A DNA stretch of 64,000 nt from a bacterium (GTDB lineage Bacteria > Electryoneota > Electryoneia > Electryoneales > Electryoneaceae): contig OY769902.1 of assembly GCA_963669175.1 (NCBI GenBank), forward strand, positions 4,416,001 to 4,480,000, given 5' to 3'. The notes under the pieces are model-generated. The model saw only the letters and a list, made by a program, of their open reading frames with translations. It searched no databases and was not told the DNA's origin. The position numbers were made by a program, and so were the translations under genes. Below, piece after piece: positions 40,339 to 50,143 of the stretch; position 1 is the first letter of the stretch; every line of letters begins with the position of its first letter.

Positions 40339-40758
40339 GGTACTCCCCCCTGTCAATCTTCACAAAACAAATCTGGTAACCTCATCGGTCATTCCTGCAA
40401 GGAAAGCTTCACGGTCCGGCAGTAGTTCCGGCACCTGTATCGGTAGCTGATGCAGAAAAGAGAAATGCCCGCTGCTTCAAATGCAAAGCTATCTGTTTCA
40501 ACCTGGGAACACAAGCTTCAGGAATTCAGCAAAGGCCGGAAAACCTGTGTCCATTGCAAACTCATTTATATTGAGCCCTGGGACCAGATGCCAGCAGTGC
40601 GACAAGTCACTCCCTTATTATCATTCATCCACTATGTTTTTACCCATCTATTGCCCAGCGCGATTTATAGCGATTCACATTATTAATCCGTCATGTGGTC
40701 ATGTGCCAGATCAGTGAAAGGTCAACCATATAGTTGGAATAAAGGATAAGGATATAGA

Positions 40759-40850
40759 AAAAGGGGACAGTTTCCTTTTCCAGAAATACTTCAGGAATAT
40801 TCCGTATAAACGAGAGGAAAAGGATCCCGTCCCCTTTTCCCGGCAATCTC
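40759..40850 (+). repeat. Dispersed 92-bp palindromic repeat, copy 2
   Basis: Arms AAAAGGGGACAGTTTCCTTTTCC (40759-40781) and GGAAAAGGATCCCGTCCCCTTTT (40816-40838) are 20/23 inverted complements. Confidence 0.85.
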
Positions 40851-40998
40851 CATTATGACGGAATAAAATCGAGAACAGCGATACTTCATTCACATTAAAG
40901 TTCAGGGACAACTGAGCCTGGAACAGGACATCCAGTTGATTCGTTCAACTCCGGGCTTTGAAGTTGACCGGTTTTATCCAAGTACATGGGGGCGCAGA

Positions 40999-43900
40999 AT
41001 GCGTTATCTGGGTTCGATTTTTGGCACGACCACCATTCTGTTTTTCGCATTGATTGGAGATTCATTCGCAACCATTCAATGGCAGGAACATATGCTAAAC
41101 TCCAATTTTCCCACAGCAGAAAGAGGCTATGGATTTGATCTGGACCAGGATGGGGATAACGATATCATTGTGGCTGCCGGTGTTACTACAAACTCAATAA
41201 GCTGGTTTGAAAACACGAGTGAAAACGGCAACTTTTCGTTTTCACATCACAATATCATTACAAACCTCGATGGCGCCTGCGCTGCTGATGTGGCAGATTT
41301 GGACGGTGACGGGGATCTCGATGTGATCGGAACCGGCAGTGAAGCTTCGGGCACATTCAAATGGGCAGAAAACGATGGATCTGAGAGCTTTACTATTCAT
41401 AGTGTTAACCATACCACTTTCGGTTGCAGTGATATCTGTGCCCGGGACATGGATGGCGATGGTGATATTGATATCGTGGGATCTTCGTTGACTGATAACG
41501 CCATATACTGGTTTGAAAATGATGGCGCTGCGAATTTTACCCCCCATACCGTGACATCAGGGTATTCCTATTCCCAATCTGCATGTGCTCTGGATATGGA
41601 CGGTGATGGTGACATGGATATCCTGGGATCTGCAGCAAATCTGAATACGATAAGCTGGTTTGAAAATGATGGCAGCCAGAACTTCACAGAACATGAGGTT
41701 TCAGGTTCTTTCAGTGGCGCCAGCGAGGCAATGGGGATTGATGTCGATGGTGATGGCGACATGGATGTGGTCGGAAGCGCTAGCGAGGCCAGCGCCTTTG
41801 CATGGTTCGAGAACGATGGTTCCGAGAATTTCACCCAGCATACCCTGGGAACCGGGCTCTTCGCTCCAGACCATGTTCATGCGGGAGATATCAACCATGA
41901 CACCTTCATCGATGTCGTCGGTCCGAGCCAGCATCACCTGAGATGGTGGGCCAATGATGGCGCTGAGACATTTACACCTATCACCATGGATTTTACGGCG
42001 GAATTCGTACACATCTGCGATATTGATGGGAATGGTTATAATGATTTACTAGCAGGATTAACCGCTGAATATGGGCAGATAGCCTGGTTCCAGAACCTGA
42101 GCAATGCTCCCAACGGCTTTGCGTTCAGCCACCCCGACAGCGCCCATACAATTCATTGCGACACCTTGACTCTTTCGTGGGAAATTGCCACTGATCCCGA
42201 CGAGGATGAACTTTCCTATATCGTTCAATGGTCTGAACAAACAAACTTTCACAGCTTGAGTGCAGATACTGTTCCTGATAACTTTGTAGCCCTGGACAGC
42301 TTGCAGGATGACACCACCTACTACTGGCGGGTAACTGCTCTCGACACCAATGGCGCCGTTACAGCGGGACAGGATGGCGGGTATTGGAGCTTCAGTGTGG
42401 ATATCTATCAACCACCGGCCCCGTTTACGCTGATCGGCCCAGAAGAAACAGACACATGCTGGACGCTGGATACGTTGTTTACCTGGCAGCGTACCTTCGA
42501 TCCCGATCCTTACGACTCCTGGGTCCATTATGATGTCTGGCTGGACACCTTGGCTGATCTTTCCACAGCAGTCCTGATCGCTGACAGTATACCGGATACC
42601 GTGTGTCAAGTCCTGAACCTTCTTGATTACAGAACCTACTATTGGACCGTCCGGGCAACCGACAGCAATACAGGTGGAACCTGGGCGTCCGATACACTGA
42701 GTTTCCGGACTTACCTGCCGGAACATCCCGCCCCGTTCAGCCTGGTATTCCCGCATGACAGCAGCCGGGTGAATGAGGATACGGTGACAGTGCGATGGTT
42801 GTCCTCCAGTGACCCCGACCCGACCGATATTATAACCTATCATGTCGAATGGTCGATTGATCCAGCATTTTCGGCTTACAACTCCGCCACCACGACCGAT
42901 ACATTTTTCGCCATTACCGAGATCGCTGAGAATCTTGCCACGTTGCAGAACAGCATGAATTGGGATCTGGATGAACTCGCAGATGACCAAACCGTTTACT
43001 GGCGTGTTTGGGCGGTTGATTTGTTTGAGCTTGTCACCTGGGCGCTACCGGGTGAAACAGGATGGTCCTTCCAGGTATATATACCGCAACGTCCCATTAC
43101 GTTCGCACTGGTTGCGCCCGAAGATGAAACTGTGATGGATCAGCTTTCCTGGCAGTTTGAATGGGATAACACCACTGACCCTGACCCGGGTGATGTGGTC
43201 AGTTTTCAACTTGAAGTTTCCATGTCGCATGAGTTCCTCGATTCGCTGACTGCACACTATACTGCGAACGCGGATACGACGTTCTTTGTCCCCTGGCTTG
43301 CCGACGACACCGACTACTGGTGGCGGGTACATGCATTGGACACGAATACAAGCGGCACTTACTCCGAGCAAGTCTGGTCATTCCACACCGCTATGCCGGA
43401 ACGTCCGCTGCCGTTCGACCTGCTTACACCGTCAGATGGCGATACGCTGAACCATGAGCTGCAACTGGCCTGGCAGATGAGCTGGGATCCTGATCCGGAC
43501 GAAGATGTGACCTATGATGCTGTTTTCACGGTCTCACTTGATGACGGCTCGGATACCACGCTGGTTTTCACAAGTCTGTCTGACACAGCCTATACCGCCA
43601 GTCTGACCGATTCGCTGCACCTGGAATACTGGGAAGACTACCTGGATGTGGAATGGTTTGTCCGTGCAATCTCCGCAGGCGATACAGTCGAAAGTGATAA
43701 TGTTCTTGCATTCGTGATCGAGCCGAACAGCGCTGTGCCGGAAACAGAATTTGCCGGGATTCCGACAGACTTTTCCATCGCGGCCACCTATCCGAATCCG
43801 TTCAACTCGCGCATGACCGTCGTCATGGCGCTACCGGAACAGACCGAACTCACGCTAGAGGTGTTCAATATCCTGGGCGAACGTGTCGCGCTACTGAGCC

Positions 43901-44031
43901 ACGGCCAGGTTAAAGCAGGCTACCATCCGTTTAGTTTTAACGCAACGCTGCTTTCCAGCGGTACCTATTTCGTCACCGCCACCATGACCGGCGAGAAGGT
44001 GCAGGTGCAGAAAGTTGTATTGTTGAGGTAA
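40999..44031 (+). CDS. Secreted FG-GAP/VCBS-repeat protein with five FN3-like repeats and C-terminal sorting domain
   Basis: Seven DxDxDGDxD...WFENDG-type repeats. Five P..F.L..P...W...DPD...YWRV modules. TYPNPFN...KVVLLR. Confidence 0.88.
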   Translation: MRYLGSIFGTTTILFFALIGDSFATIQWQEHMLNSNFPTAERGYGFDLDQDGDNDIIVAAGVTTNSISWFENTSENGNFSFSHHNIITNLDGACAADVADLDGDGDLDVIGTGSEASGTFKWAENDGSESFTIHSVNHTTFGCSDICARDMDGDGDIDIVGSSLTDNAIYWFENDGAANFTPHTVTSGYSYSQSACALDMDGDGDMDILGSAANLNTISWFENDGSQNFTEHEVSGSFSGASEAMGIDVDGDGDMDVVGSASEASAFAWFENDGSENFTQHTLGTGLFAPDHVHAGDINHDTFIDVVGPSQHHLRWWANDGAETFTPITMDFTAEFVHICDIDGNGYNDLLAGLTAEYGQIAWFQNLSNAPNGFAFSHPDSAHTIHCDTLTLSWEIATDPDEDELSYIVQWSEQTNFHSLSADTVPDNFVALDSLQDDTTYYWRVTALDTNGAVTAGQDGGYWSFSVDIYQPPAPFTLIGPEETDTCWTLDTLFTWQRTFDPDPYDSWVHYDVWLDTLADLSTAVLIADSIPDTVCQVLNLLDYRTYYWTVRATDSNTGGTWASDTLSFRTYLPEHPAPFSLVFPHDSSRVNEDTVTVRWLSSSDPDPTDIITYHVEWSIDPAFSAYNSATTTDTFFAITEIAENLATLQNSMNWDLDELADDQTVYWRVWAVDLFELVTWALPGETGWSFQVYIPQRPITFALVAPEDETVMDQLSWQFEWDNTTDPDPGDVVSFQLEVSMSHEFLDSLTAHYTANADTTFFVPWLADDTDYWWRVHALDTNTSGTYSEQVWSFHTAMPERPLPFDLLTPSDGDTLNHELQLAWQMSWDPDPDEDVTYDAVFTVSLDDGSDTTLVFTSLSDTAYTASLTDSLHLEYWEDYLDVEWFVRAISAGDTVESDNVLAFVIEPNSAVPETEFAGIPTDFSIAATYPNPFNSRMTVVMALPEQTELTLEVFNILGERVALLSHGQVKAGYHPFSFNATLLSSGTYFVTATMTGEKVQVQKVVLLR

Positions 44032-44158
44032 ACAGGTTGTGTATTCAATCAACAGGAAATAGCCCGGAAATTTCATGAGTTTTTGATGTTTGTTTGACAT
44101 CTTGTGAAATACATCAGGAATGTTGTGACCATTCTCAATTTTTGATTGTAGCTTTAGG

Positions 44159-44260
44159 CAACCCGCTTCGGGGTTGAAAGAAAGTTGTCACTCTACCCGG
44201 GGTGCGCGCTAAACAGACAGCGCGTACCCCGGGCTAAATTATTGTACTCCTTCGGAGTAC
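44159..44260. repeat. REP-like cluster of three hairpins
   Basis: CAACCC-GCTTCG-GGGTTG; CCCGGGGTGCGCGCT-AAACAGAC-AGCGCGTACCCCGGG; GTACTCC-TTC-GGAGTAC. Confidence 0.7.
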
Positions 44261-44267
44261 CTTGTTG

Positions 44268-44313
44268 TTTGGCAGTCAAAGCTGATTGGCAGTCAAGGCT
44301 GTTTGGCAGTCAG
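44268..44313. repeat. 17-bp tandem repeat, ~2.7 copies
   Basis: TTTGGCAGTCAAAGCTG / ATTGGCAGTCAAGGCTG / TTTGGCAGTCAG. Confidence 0.8.
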
Positions 44314-44414
44314 GTAAGCAGAATGTTTGACTAATAGATTGGCTGTCTTCGTTGATTCGACATTGCGTTCGTGAAATATCCGGACTAGTGGATTGATCCA
44401 TGTGAATCGGTCCA

Positions 44415-45579
44415 CTAGTGCCAGTTTAGATCAAGTCTGAGTGTTGAGTCGTTTTTGAAAGTAGTGCGTATAAGGGGTAGGTTAACAAGGAGGTTCTGAT
44501 GTCTACCCCAGTGAAGCTTCGTTCTTTGACAGTCGATGAAGGTCATTCCCTTCAACGGATTCGTGATCGTAGTCCTGATCCCGTAGCCCGTCGCCGTGCG
44601 ATGATTTTGTTGGCGACAGATACCGGCCTGTCCCCTGTGCAGCTTCAGCAGCAACGGATGGGGCATGCCAGTTACATCCGCAAGATCGTTCATGCTTTCA
44701 ATGAACAGGGTCTTTCCTGTGTTGGCAGTCAGTACAAAGGCCAGAAGCCGCTCAAGTTCGATGCTGCTGTCCAGAAGCAGATCGTTGACGTTGTTGTTAC
44801 GCCGCCAGACCATCTCGGCTTACCCTTCGGCCAATGGTCCCTGGAGAAGCTTCGCGATTATCTGGTCGCAGAAGGCATCATCGAATCGATCAGCCTGCCG
44901 CACCTGCGCTGGTTGCTGCACAAGAATAAGATCAGCTATCAGCAGAGTAAGACATGGAAACAGTCTCCGGACCCCGAGTTTGACAGAAAAAAAAACGCAT
45001 CCGACGTCTCTATGACGCGCCGCCGAAGGCAAACCGGCGCGTGATCTGCTTTGACGAGTTCGGGCCGCTGGAGATCCGGCCCCACGCGGGTGCGAGCTGG
45101 CATCCTCACAAGCAACCCGTCCGTCTGCCGGCTACCTATACGCGTACCCATGGCACGCGCTATCTGCTGGCAGCGTATGACATCCACAGTGATCAATTGT
45201 GGGGCTGGCAACGTCCAAACCAGCGGTGGCCAGAGGTGTTGGCGTTCTTCAAAAACATTCGGAAACGTTATCCGTCCACTGTCCGGCTCTACATCATCCT
45301 CGACAACCGTGGCTCGCATAAAAAAGCAGAAATCAGACAATGGGCCAAACGAAACCGGGTCACGCTGGTCTTCACGCCGACCTATGCATCATGGCTGAAC
45401 CGCATCGAAGCTCACTTCGCCGCATTGAAAAAATTCGCGCTACGAGGACGAACCTTCATGGACCATCAAGAACAGGGCCAAGCTATCCAGGCTTATCTGC
45501 GATACCGAAACAAACACAAGCTGAAAGGTCAGTCAGACCATCGCGATAAACGAGTTAACTTGATCTAAAATGGCACTAG
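44415..45579 (+). mobile_element. IS630-family insertion sequence
   Basis: TIRs CTAGTGCCAGTTTAGATCAAGT and (reverse complement) CTAGTGCCATTTTAGATCAAGT match 21/22. CTAG/TA at both ends. Transposase inside. Confidence 0.93.
44499..45568 (+). CDS. IS630 transposase, split by a probable programmed -1 frameshift
   Basis: OrfA has HTH (WSLEKL) and SPDPEF. A9 run at 44987-44995; the -1 frame continues KKRIRRLY...VICFDE, LDN..SH, TPTYASWLNRIE (DDE). Confidence 0.88.
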
Positions 45580-46802
45580 CTGTTAATGAGCTTTTTAACA
45601 AACCAGATAAACACACCGGTCAAGAGAAGGTTAAATGCCAGGGATAAAATGGCTACAGTCAGCACTGGGCCACCGATGCCATAACTGATGCTTAAAACCA
45701 GCACGCCAGCGCCAACTTCGCCACGTGGCCACATCCCGATGGACACCGCCAATCGTTCCCTGAGTGTTGCTTCTGTTCTGTACATGAAAACAGGAAACAT
45801 TTTGCCAAGGTTGGATACAATCGTAACCATTAGAACATGAAAAAGAATTGTCCCCCAACCCGGCATCGGTTGTGAGCCTAAAACGCTTGTCGCGGATTCG
45901 ACCATACTTTTCGCCATATCGACTGGCGCAGAGTTAATAATCGAGGGCATGCTCAACCCTACCAGCCCCATAAAAATCGCTGAGATGATCGTAGATACCT
46001 TCTGCTCTTCAGGGCTTTCCGGTCCTTCCTGATGCCCTTCACGACTGTCGTCTGAATGTGGATCAGCCCCCTGGGGATGCTTGATGATAGTACCAAGCAC
46101 AAATGCCGGCAGCAACACCTCAATGTGAATGGGGACAGAATCATCAATGAAAATGCTGAACTTGTAAAGTATCTCACTGACTGCTACGATGACCGCAGAA
46201 TACAGCAACACCCATCTCCAGGAACTTTTGAGATTGATTTTGTGCATCCATTGCCAGGCAATCCAGAGTAAAATTGCCATAATGAAGACGATGATTCCCA
46301 ACTGCCACGCCAATCCGACCATCATGATTTTTAACGGTATCATCAAGAGAACAGTATCCAGATCGTCGAATATTGCCAGGATACGGGCTTTCTTAAATAA
46401 CCAGGTGGCGGACAAACCGGCAGCGGCAAGCATTGAAAACAGGACACCCGCGGAAGTAGGTGCAGCGAAACGCCCGGCCAGCAAAGTCTCCTTCCATGCC
46501 TGCCAGTTGCCAGCCATATCGGACGGCAGCATGAAAAACAGGAAGTACATGGTCACAAATATCCAGGGAAAAGCCGCGGCAGTCATTGCAACCAGGTAGT
46601 CAACCCCGTATTGCTTCAGGTTGCCTTTGTCAATCTCAAATTCATACCCGACATGTATCATGATGAAGGAAAGAGCCACCATCATCAAAACACGGATAAG
46701 GAATGAGATATTTGCAAAACTCTCACCCAGTAATTCCGGTAAGAATTGTGATCCGATCAACCCGAAAATCAAAATCAGCGAGAACAACAAAACTTTCTTC
46801 AT
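45576..46802 (-). CDS. Cation:proton antiporter-like membrane protein
   Basis: Many TM helices. APTSAGVLFSML, AIFDDLD, SNLGK and GMWPRGEVG are CPA-like motifs. Confidence 0.75.
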   Translation of the reverse strand: MKKVLLFSLILIFGLIGSQFLPELLGESFANISFLIRVLMMVALSFIMIHVGYEFEIDKGNLKQYGVDYLVAMTAAAFPWIFVTMYFLFFMLPSDMAGNWQAWKETLLAGRFAAPTSAGVLFSMLAAAGLSATWLFKKARILAIFDDLDTVLLMIPLKIMMVGLAWQLGIIVFIMAILLWIAWQWMHKINLKSSWRWVLLYSAVIVAVSEILYKFSIFIDDSVPIHIEVLLPAFVLGTIIKHPQGADPHSDDSREGHQEGPESPEEQKVSTIISAIFMGLVGLSMPSIINSAPVDMAKSMVESATSVLGSQPMPGWGTILFHVLMVTIVSNLGKMFPVFMYRTEATLRERLAVSIGMWPRGEVGAGVLVLSISYGIGGPVLTVAILSLAFNLLLTGVFIWFVKKLINS

Positions 46803-47238
46803 GATTACCCTCACGCTTGAGCTGTAACACTGTTATTCCAACCGTTTCAAGAAACCGTGCCGCCTGGAATATCCATAGTCCGTCAGACAAATCCGAATTC
46901 TAGAAGTACGAACAAGTTCACCTGCCAAATTTAGAACCAGTTTTCAGTCGATTGACTCAAAGTGCGTTGCAGGAGCAATTCCTGGGAAAAGTGTACTTCT
47001 TCGTAAAAGTATACAGCATACAAAAAGTTAATAGCAACTAACAATATTCTCTCATTCGGGAGTCGAGAGAAGCAATGATTACTTCTTATATTTATAATAA
47101 TCAAGTGGTAATGAGATAGTTTCTGAGGATTAAGAGGTTTGAGTATCGCTTATTGGTGCAGGCGAGGACGCCTTCCAGAAAAACTGTTGTGATGTATCCA
47201 ACAACAGGCGGAAGTCATGAAAGAAGCCGGTATATGTT

Positions 47239-47493
47239 TCAGAGCAGCAGCCAGGGAAATTCTGCATCTTCCAACAGAACAGTATATTCATCAACACGTT
47301 TCACATGTTCCTTTTGAGCATGGAAGGCAGCAGTCTTGGTATTTGTGAAGCGTGCGCGCAACGTAAATGGCGGTTTCGGTGTAGACGGTTGGATAGTGCT
47401 GATTTTCTTTACCGCGCGTTTGGCCGTAGCCCGTATCAATTCATTGGCTTTCTACGGTTACAGATAAATCGCCGCAGCTTCAGTCAGGGTGTT
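47239..47493 (-). pseudogene. C-terminal remnant of an M55 (DppA-like) D-aminopeptidase
   Basis: Reads EAAAIYL*P*KANELIRATAKRAVKK..QP..PKPPFTLRARF...VKRVDEYTV, with two in-frame stops (47460, 47454). Resembles the M55 C-terminus. No 5' part. Confidence 0.5.
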
Positions 47494-47494
47494 C

Positions 47495-50143
47495 TTATTC
47501 TTCATCCACAAGCACTTTATGGATCATGGAAGTCAAAGCTTTCAGATCAAATGGCTTCTGGATAAAATGAACTCCCTGATCCAGAACACCATGATGCGCG
47601 ATAACATCGGCAGTGTACCCGGACATGAACAGGCACTTGATATCGGGATGGATTGACAAAAGGGTTTGTGAAAGCTCACGCCCGTTCATCTTCGGCATCA
47701 CCACATCAGTGATAAGAAGGTCAATCCGACTTTTATGTTCTCGAGCCAGGCTGATTGCCTCATCGGGATTCTTCGCCGCAAATACTGTATAGCCCAGGCT
47801 TTCAAGCATCTCCGTTACCATTGTCAGAATGGATTCTTCATCTTCCACCAGCAAAACAGTTTCTTCTCCTGATCTTGCAACAACCTGCGACTCTTTGGAT
47901 CGCGGCACTGATCTGGCGGCATGGCGTGGTAGAAAGATTTTAAAAGCTGTGCCATGATCCAGTTCACTGTAAACATTGATAAATCCATTATTCTGTTTTA
48001 CAACACCATAGACTGTAGACAGCCCGAGACCAGTCCCTTTACCCATCTCCTTTGTAGTAAAGAAAGGTTCGAATATCTGGGTGAGCGTTTCAGCATCCAT
48101 CCCCGAACCATCATCACTTATGGTAAGCTGAATGTATTCGCCGGGAATATAGTCTGCATGTTGCGTACAGTATTCATCGTCGAAAACAGCGTTAGCGGTT
48201 TCTATGGTTACACGTCCTACACGGTTGCCGATAGCGTCCCTGGCGTTGATGCAAAGGTTGGCCAGAATCTGGTCAATTTGCGAAGGATCCATATTGATCA
48301 AACCGAGGTTTTTGCCGGGAAGCCATGCCAGGTCTATATCCTCGCCGATGAGTCGGCGCAACATCTTGAGCATTCCCGCAACCGTTTCGTTCAGATTGAG
48401 CACTTTCGGGGCGATGGTTTGTTTTCGGGCGAAAGCCAGGAGCTGACGTGTCAGATCAGCGGAATGCTGGGCATACTTCTGGATTTCCTGGAGTGATGTC
48501 CGCACCGGGCTTTCCGATTCAGTTTTCATCAATGCGATCTCGGTATTCCCCAGGATCGCCTGAAGCATATTGTTGAAATCGTGCGCCACCCCGCCTGCCA
48601 ACCGTCCTATCGATTCGATCTTCTGCGATTGAACCAATTGCAACTGAAGCATTTCCTTCTCTGCTTCAGCCTGTTTCCGTTCAGTGATATCAATCCCTAC
48701 TCCCATTAATAACGGACCTTCTGGCGTCATAAGACGATTCATACTAATAAGATAAGGAATATGCTCACCTTTCTTATTCACTAAAGTGGTTTCAAACGCT
48801 CCGCCAATCCCTGTTTTGAGCAACTCCTTGGCTGCCACCAATCCCTTTTCAGCGTCCTCTGGTGATTCATGCCAATCCGGGATATACCAATCGGAAAGCT
48901 CATCGGCACTGAATCCCAGTGCGGTTTCATGGGCTTTATTCCAGCGCTTCAGATGGCAGGTTTGATCATAGAGGAAAAAGACTCCGGGCAGACTTTCCAA
49001 CAGCTTTTCAGTGAATTGCTTCTCTCGCAACAACTCGTTTTCTGCTTTTTTTCGCTCGGTAATGTCCTGTAGCGTGAACTGAAGAAGATGACGTTCCTGT
49101 GTCTTAAAGCTCATCAAATGCACTTCTGCATCCCAAAGCTCACCATCAGCACGTTGATGACGCCACTCGAAAACAACTTTCCCTTCTTTTAGTGCTTTGT
49201 TATTATAATAGGTAGATTTTTCTACAGAGGATGTGCCATCGTACTGTATGGGGGCAGAAAAGTCGAGTGGTGTCTTGCCGATAACCTCTGATCTTGACTG
49301 GAAACGATAAATTTCAACGGCGGCCGGGTTACAATCGATAAACTTGAATGTCGTAGCATCCATGACAACAATAGCAATACGAGAGCCATCAAAGACTCTC
49401 TGGCGAAATTCTTTTTCCAGTTGAAGCGCTGCCTCCATTTTTTTCCTGTCGGTGACGTCTCGCGCAGCAGCATAGATGAGATTCCCATTAGGGATGGATC
49501 GCCACTCAATCCAGCGATAGGAACCATCTTTGCACAAATAGCGATTTGTAAAATTCAAGATTTCCTTTTGAGATTTGAGTTCGTCAACAGCTTTAAGTGT
49601 AGCGTCTAAATCCTCAGGATGAACCAAATCGAAGAATTTCTTGCCTTCCAGGTCTTCCAACCGATACCCAAGCGCTCTTTCCCATTCTCTGTTCAATTGC
49701 AGGAAATGGCCCTCTGTATCCGCAATACATAACAGGTCAAGCGCAGTAAGGAAAAACCTCTCCAATTCCCCATCTTCATTTGGAAATCCTGGCTCGTTCT
49801 GCTTGTGACGGGCATATGGCGCTTTGCGCTTTTTGTCCAGCTTCTTTTCCAAATCCAGTTTGTCCAGCACCATCGCAAGCATTTGCACAGCGTTATTCAA
49901 CTCAGCCAGATCCGGCTCTGTCACTTGAATGCCAGTCGTTTGAGCTATATATCCATAAGTTGAATTTTTATTTGAAATCGGAATAATCGTTTTGCTCTGA
50001 CCTGGTTGGTTTTCTGCATGAATAAAAGTATTGGGCGCGAACAACCGGTTGAGACTTTCCACGAACAAAGCCATGGCCTCAGACCTGTCTCGTAGCTGTG
50101 ACAGATCGCGTAGAAGCTGTAAAAGTCCGCTGGCTTTGTTCAT
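47495..50143 (-). CDS. Cytoplasmic hybrid histidine kinase (3xPAS-HisKA-HATPase-REC, CckA-like)
   Basis: GRLAGGVAHDFNNML, NLCINARDA, FEPFFTTK, GTGLGL and REC LITDVVMP. Confidence 0.93.
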   Translation of the reverse strand: MNKASGLLQLLRDLSQLRDRSEAMALFVESLNRLFAPNTFIHAENQPGQSKTIIPISNKNSTYGYIAQTTGIQVTEPDLAELNNAVQMLAMVLDKLDLEKKLDKKRKAPYARHKQNEPGFPNEDGELERFFLTALDLLCIADTEGHFLQLNREWERALGYRLEDLEGKKFFDLVHPEDLDATLKAVDELKSQKEILNFTNRYLCKDGSYRWIEWRSIPNGNLIYAAARDVTDRKKMEAALQLEKEFRQRVFDGSRIAIVVMDATTFKFIDCNPAAVEIYRFQSRSEVIGKTPLDFSAPIQYDGTSSVEKSTYYNNKALKEGKVVFEWRHQRADGELWDAEVHLMSFKTQERHLLQFTLQDITERKKAENELLREKQFTEKLLESLPGVFFLYDQTCHLKRWNKAHETALGFSADELSDWYIPDWHESPEDAEKGLVAAKELLKTGIGGAFETTLVNKKGEHIPYLISMNRLMTPEGPLLMGVGIDITERKQAEAEKEMLQLQLVQSQKIESIGRLAGGVAHDFNNMLQAILGNTEIALMKTESESPVRTSLQEIQKYAQHSADLTRQLLAFARKQTIAPKVLNLNETVAGMLKMLRRLIGEDIDLAWLPGKNLGLINMDPSQIDQILANLCINARDAIGNRVGRVTIETANAVFDDEYCTQHADYIPGEYIQLTISDDGSGMDAETLTQIFEPFFTTKEMGKGTGLGLSTVYGVVKQNNGFINVYSELDHGTAFKIFLPRHAARSVPRSKESQVVARSGEETVLLVEDEESILTMVTEMLESLGYTVFAAKNPDEAISLAREHKSRIDLLITDVVMPKMNGRELSQTLLSIHPDIKCLFMSGYTADVIAHHGVLDQGVHFIQKPFDLKALTSMIHKVLVDEE

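Larger units (their letters stand above)
44060..44387. mobile_element. Putative non-autonomous MITE (~330 bp) with ~20-bp imperfect TIRs
   Basis: Left TAGCCCGGAAATTTCATGAG versus right reverse complement TAGTCCGGATATTTCACGAA (16/20). TA at both ends. No ORF. Confidence 0.5.

Noticed and set aside
29888-40850. Canonical integron attC sites
   Set aside because: No RYYYAAC/GTTRRRY cores at the repeat ends and no integrase. Kept only as a REP/MITE-like family.
44268-44313. Possible mini-CRISPR
   Set aside because: The 17-bp units are directly adjacent with no spacers, and no cas genes are present.
46845-46863. Sigma54 promoter for the antiporter (GGCACG...TTGA on the minus strand)
   Set aside because: The spacing is one base too long and the -12 GC is absent.
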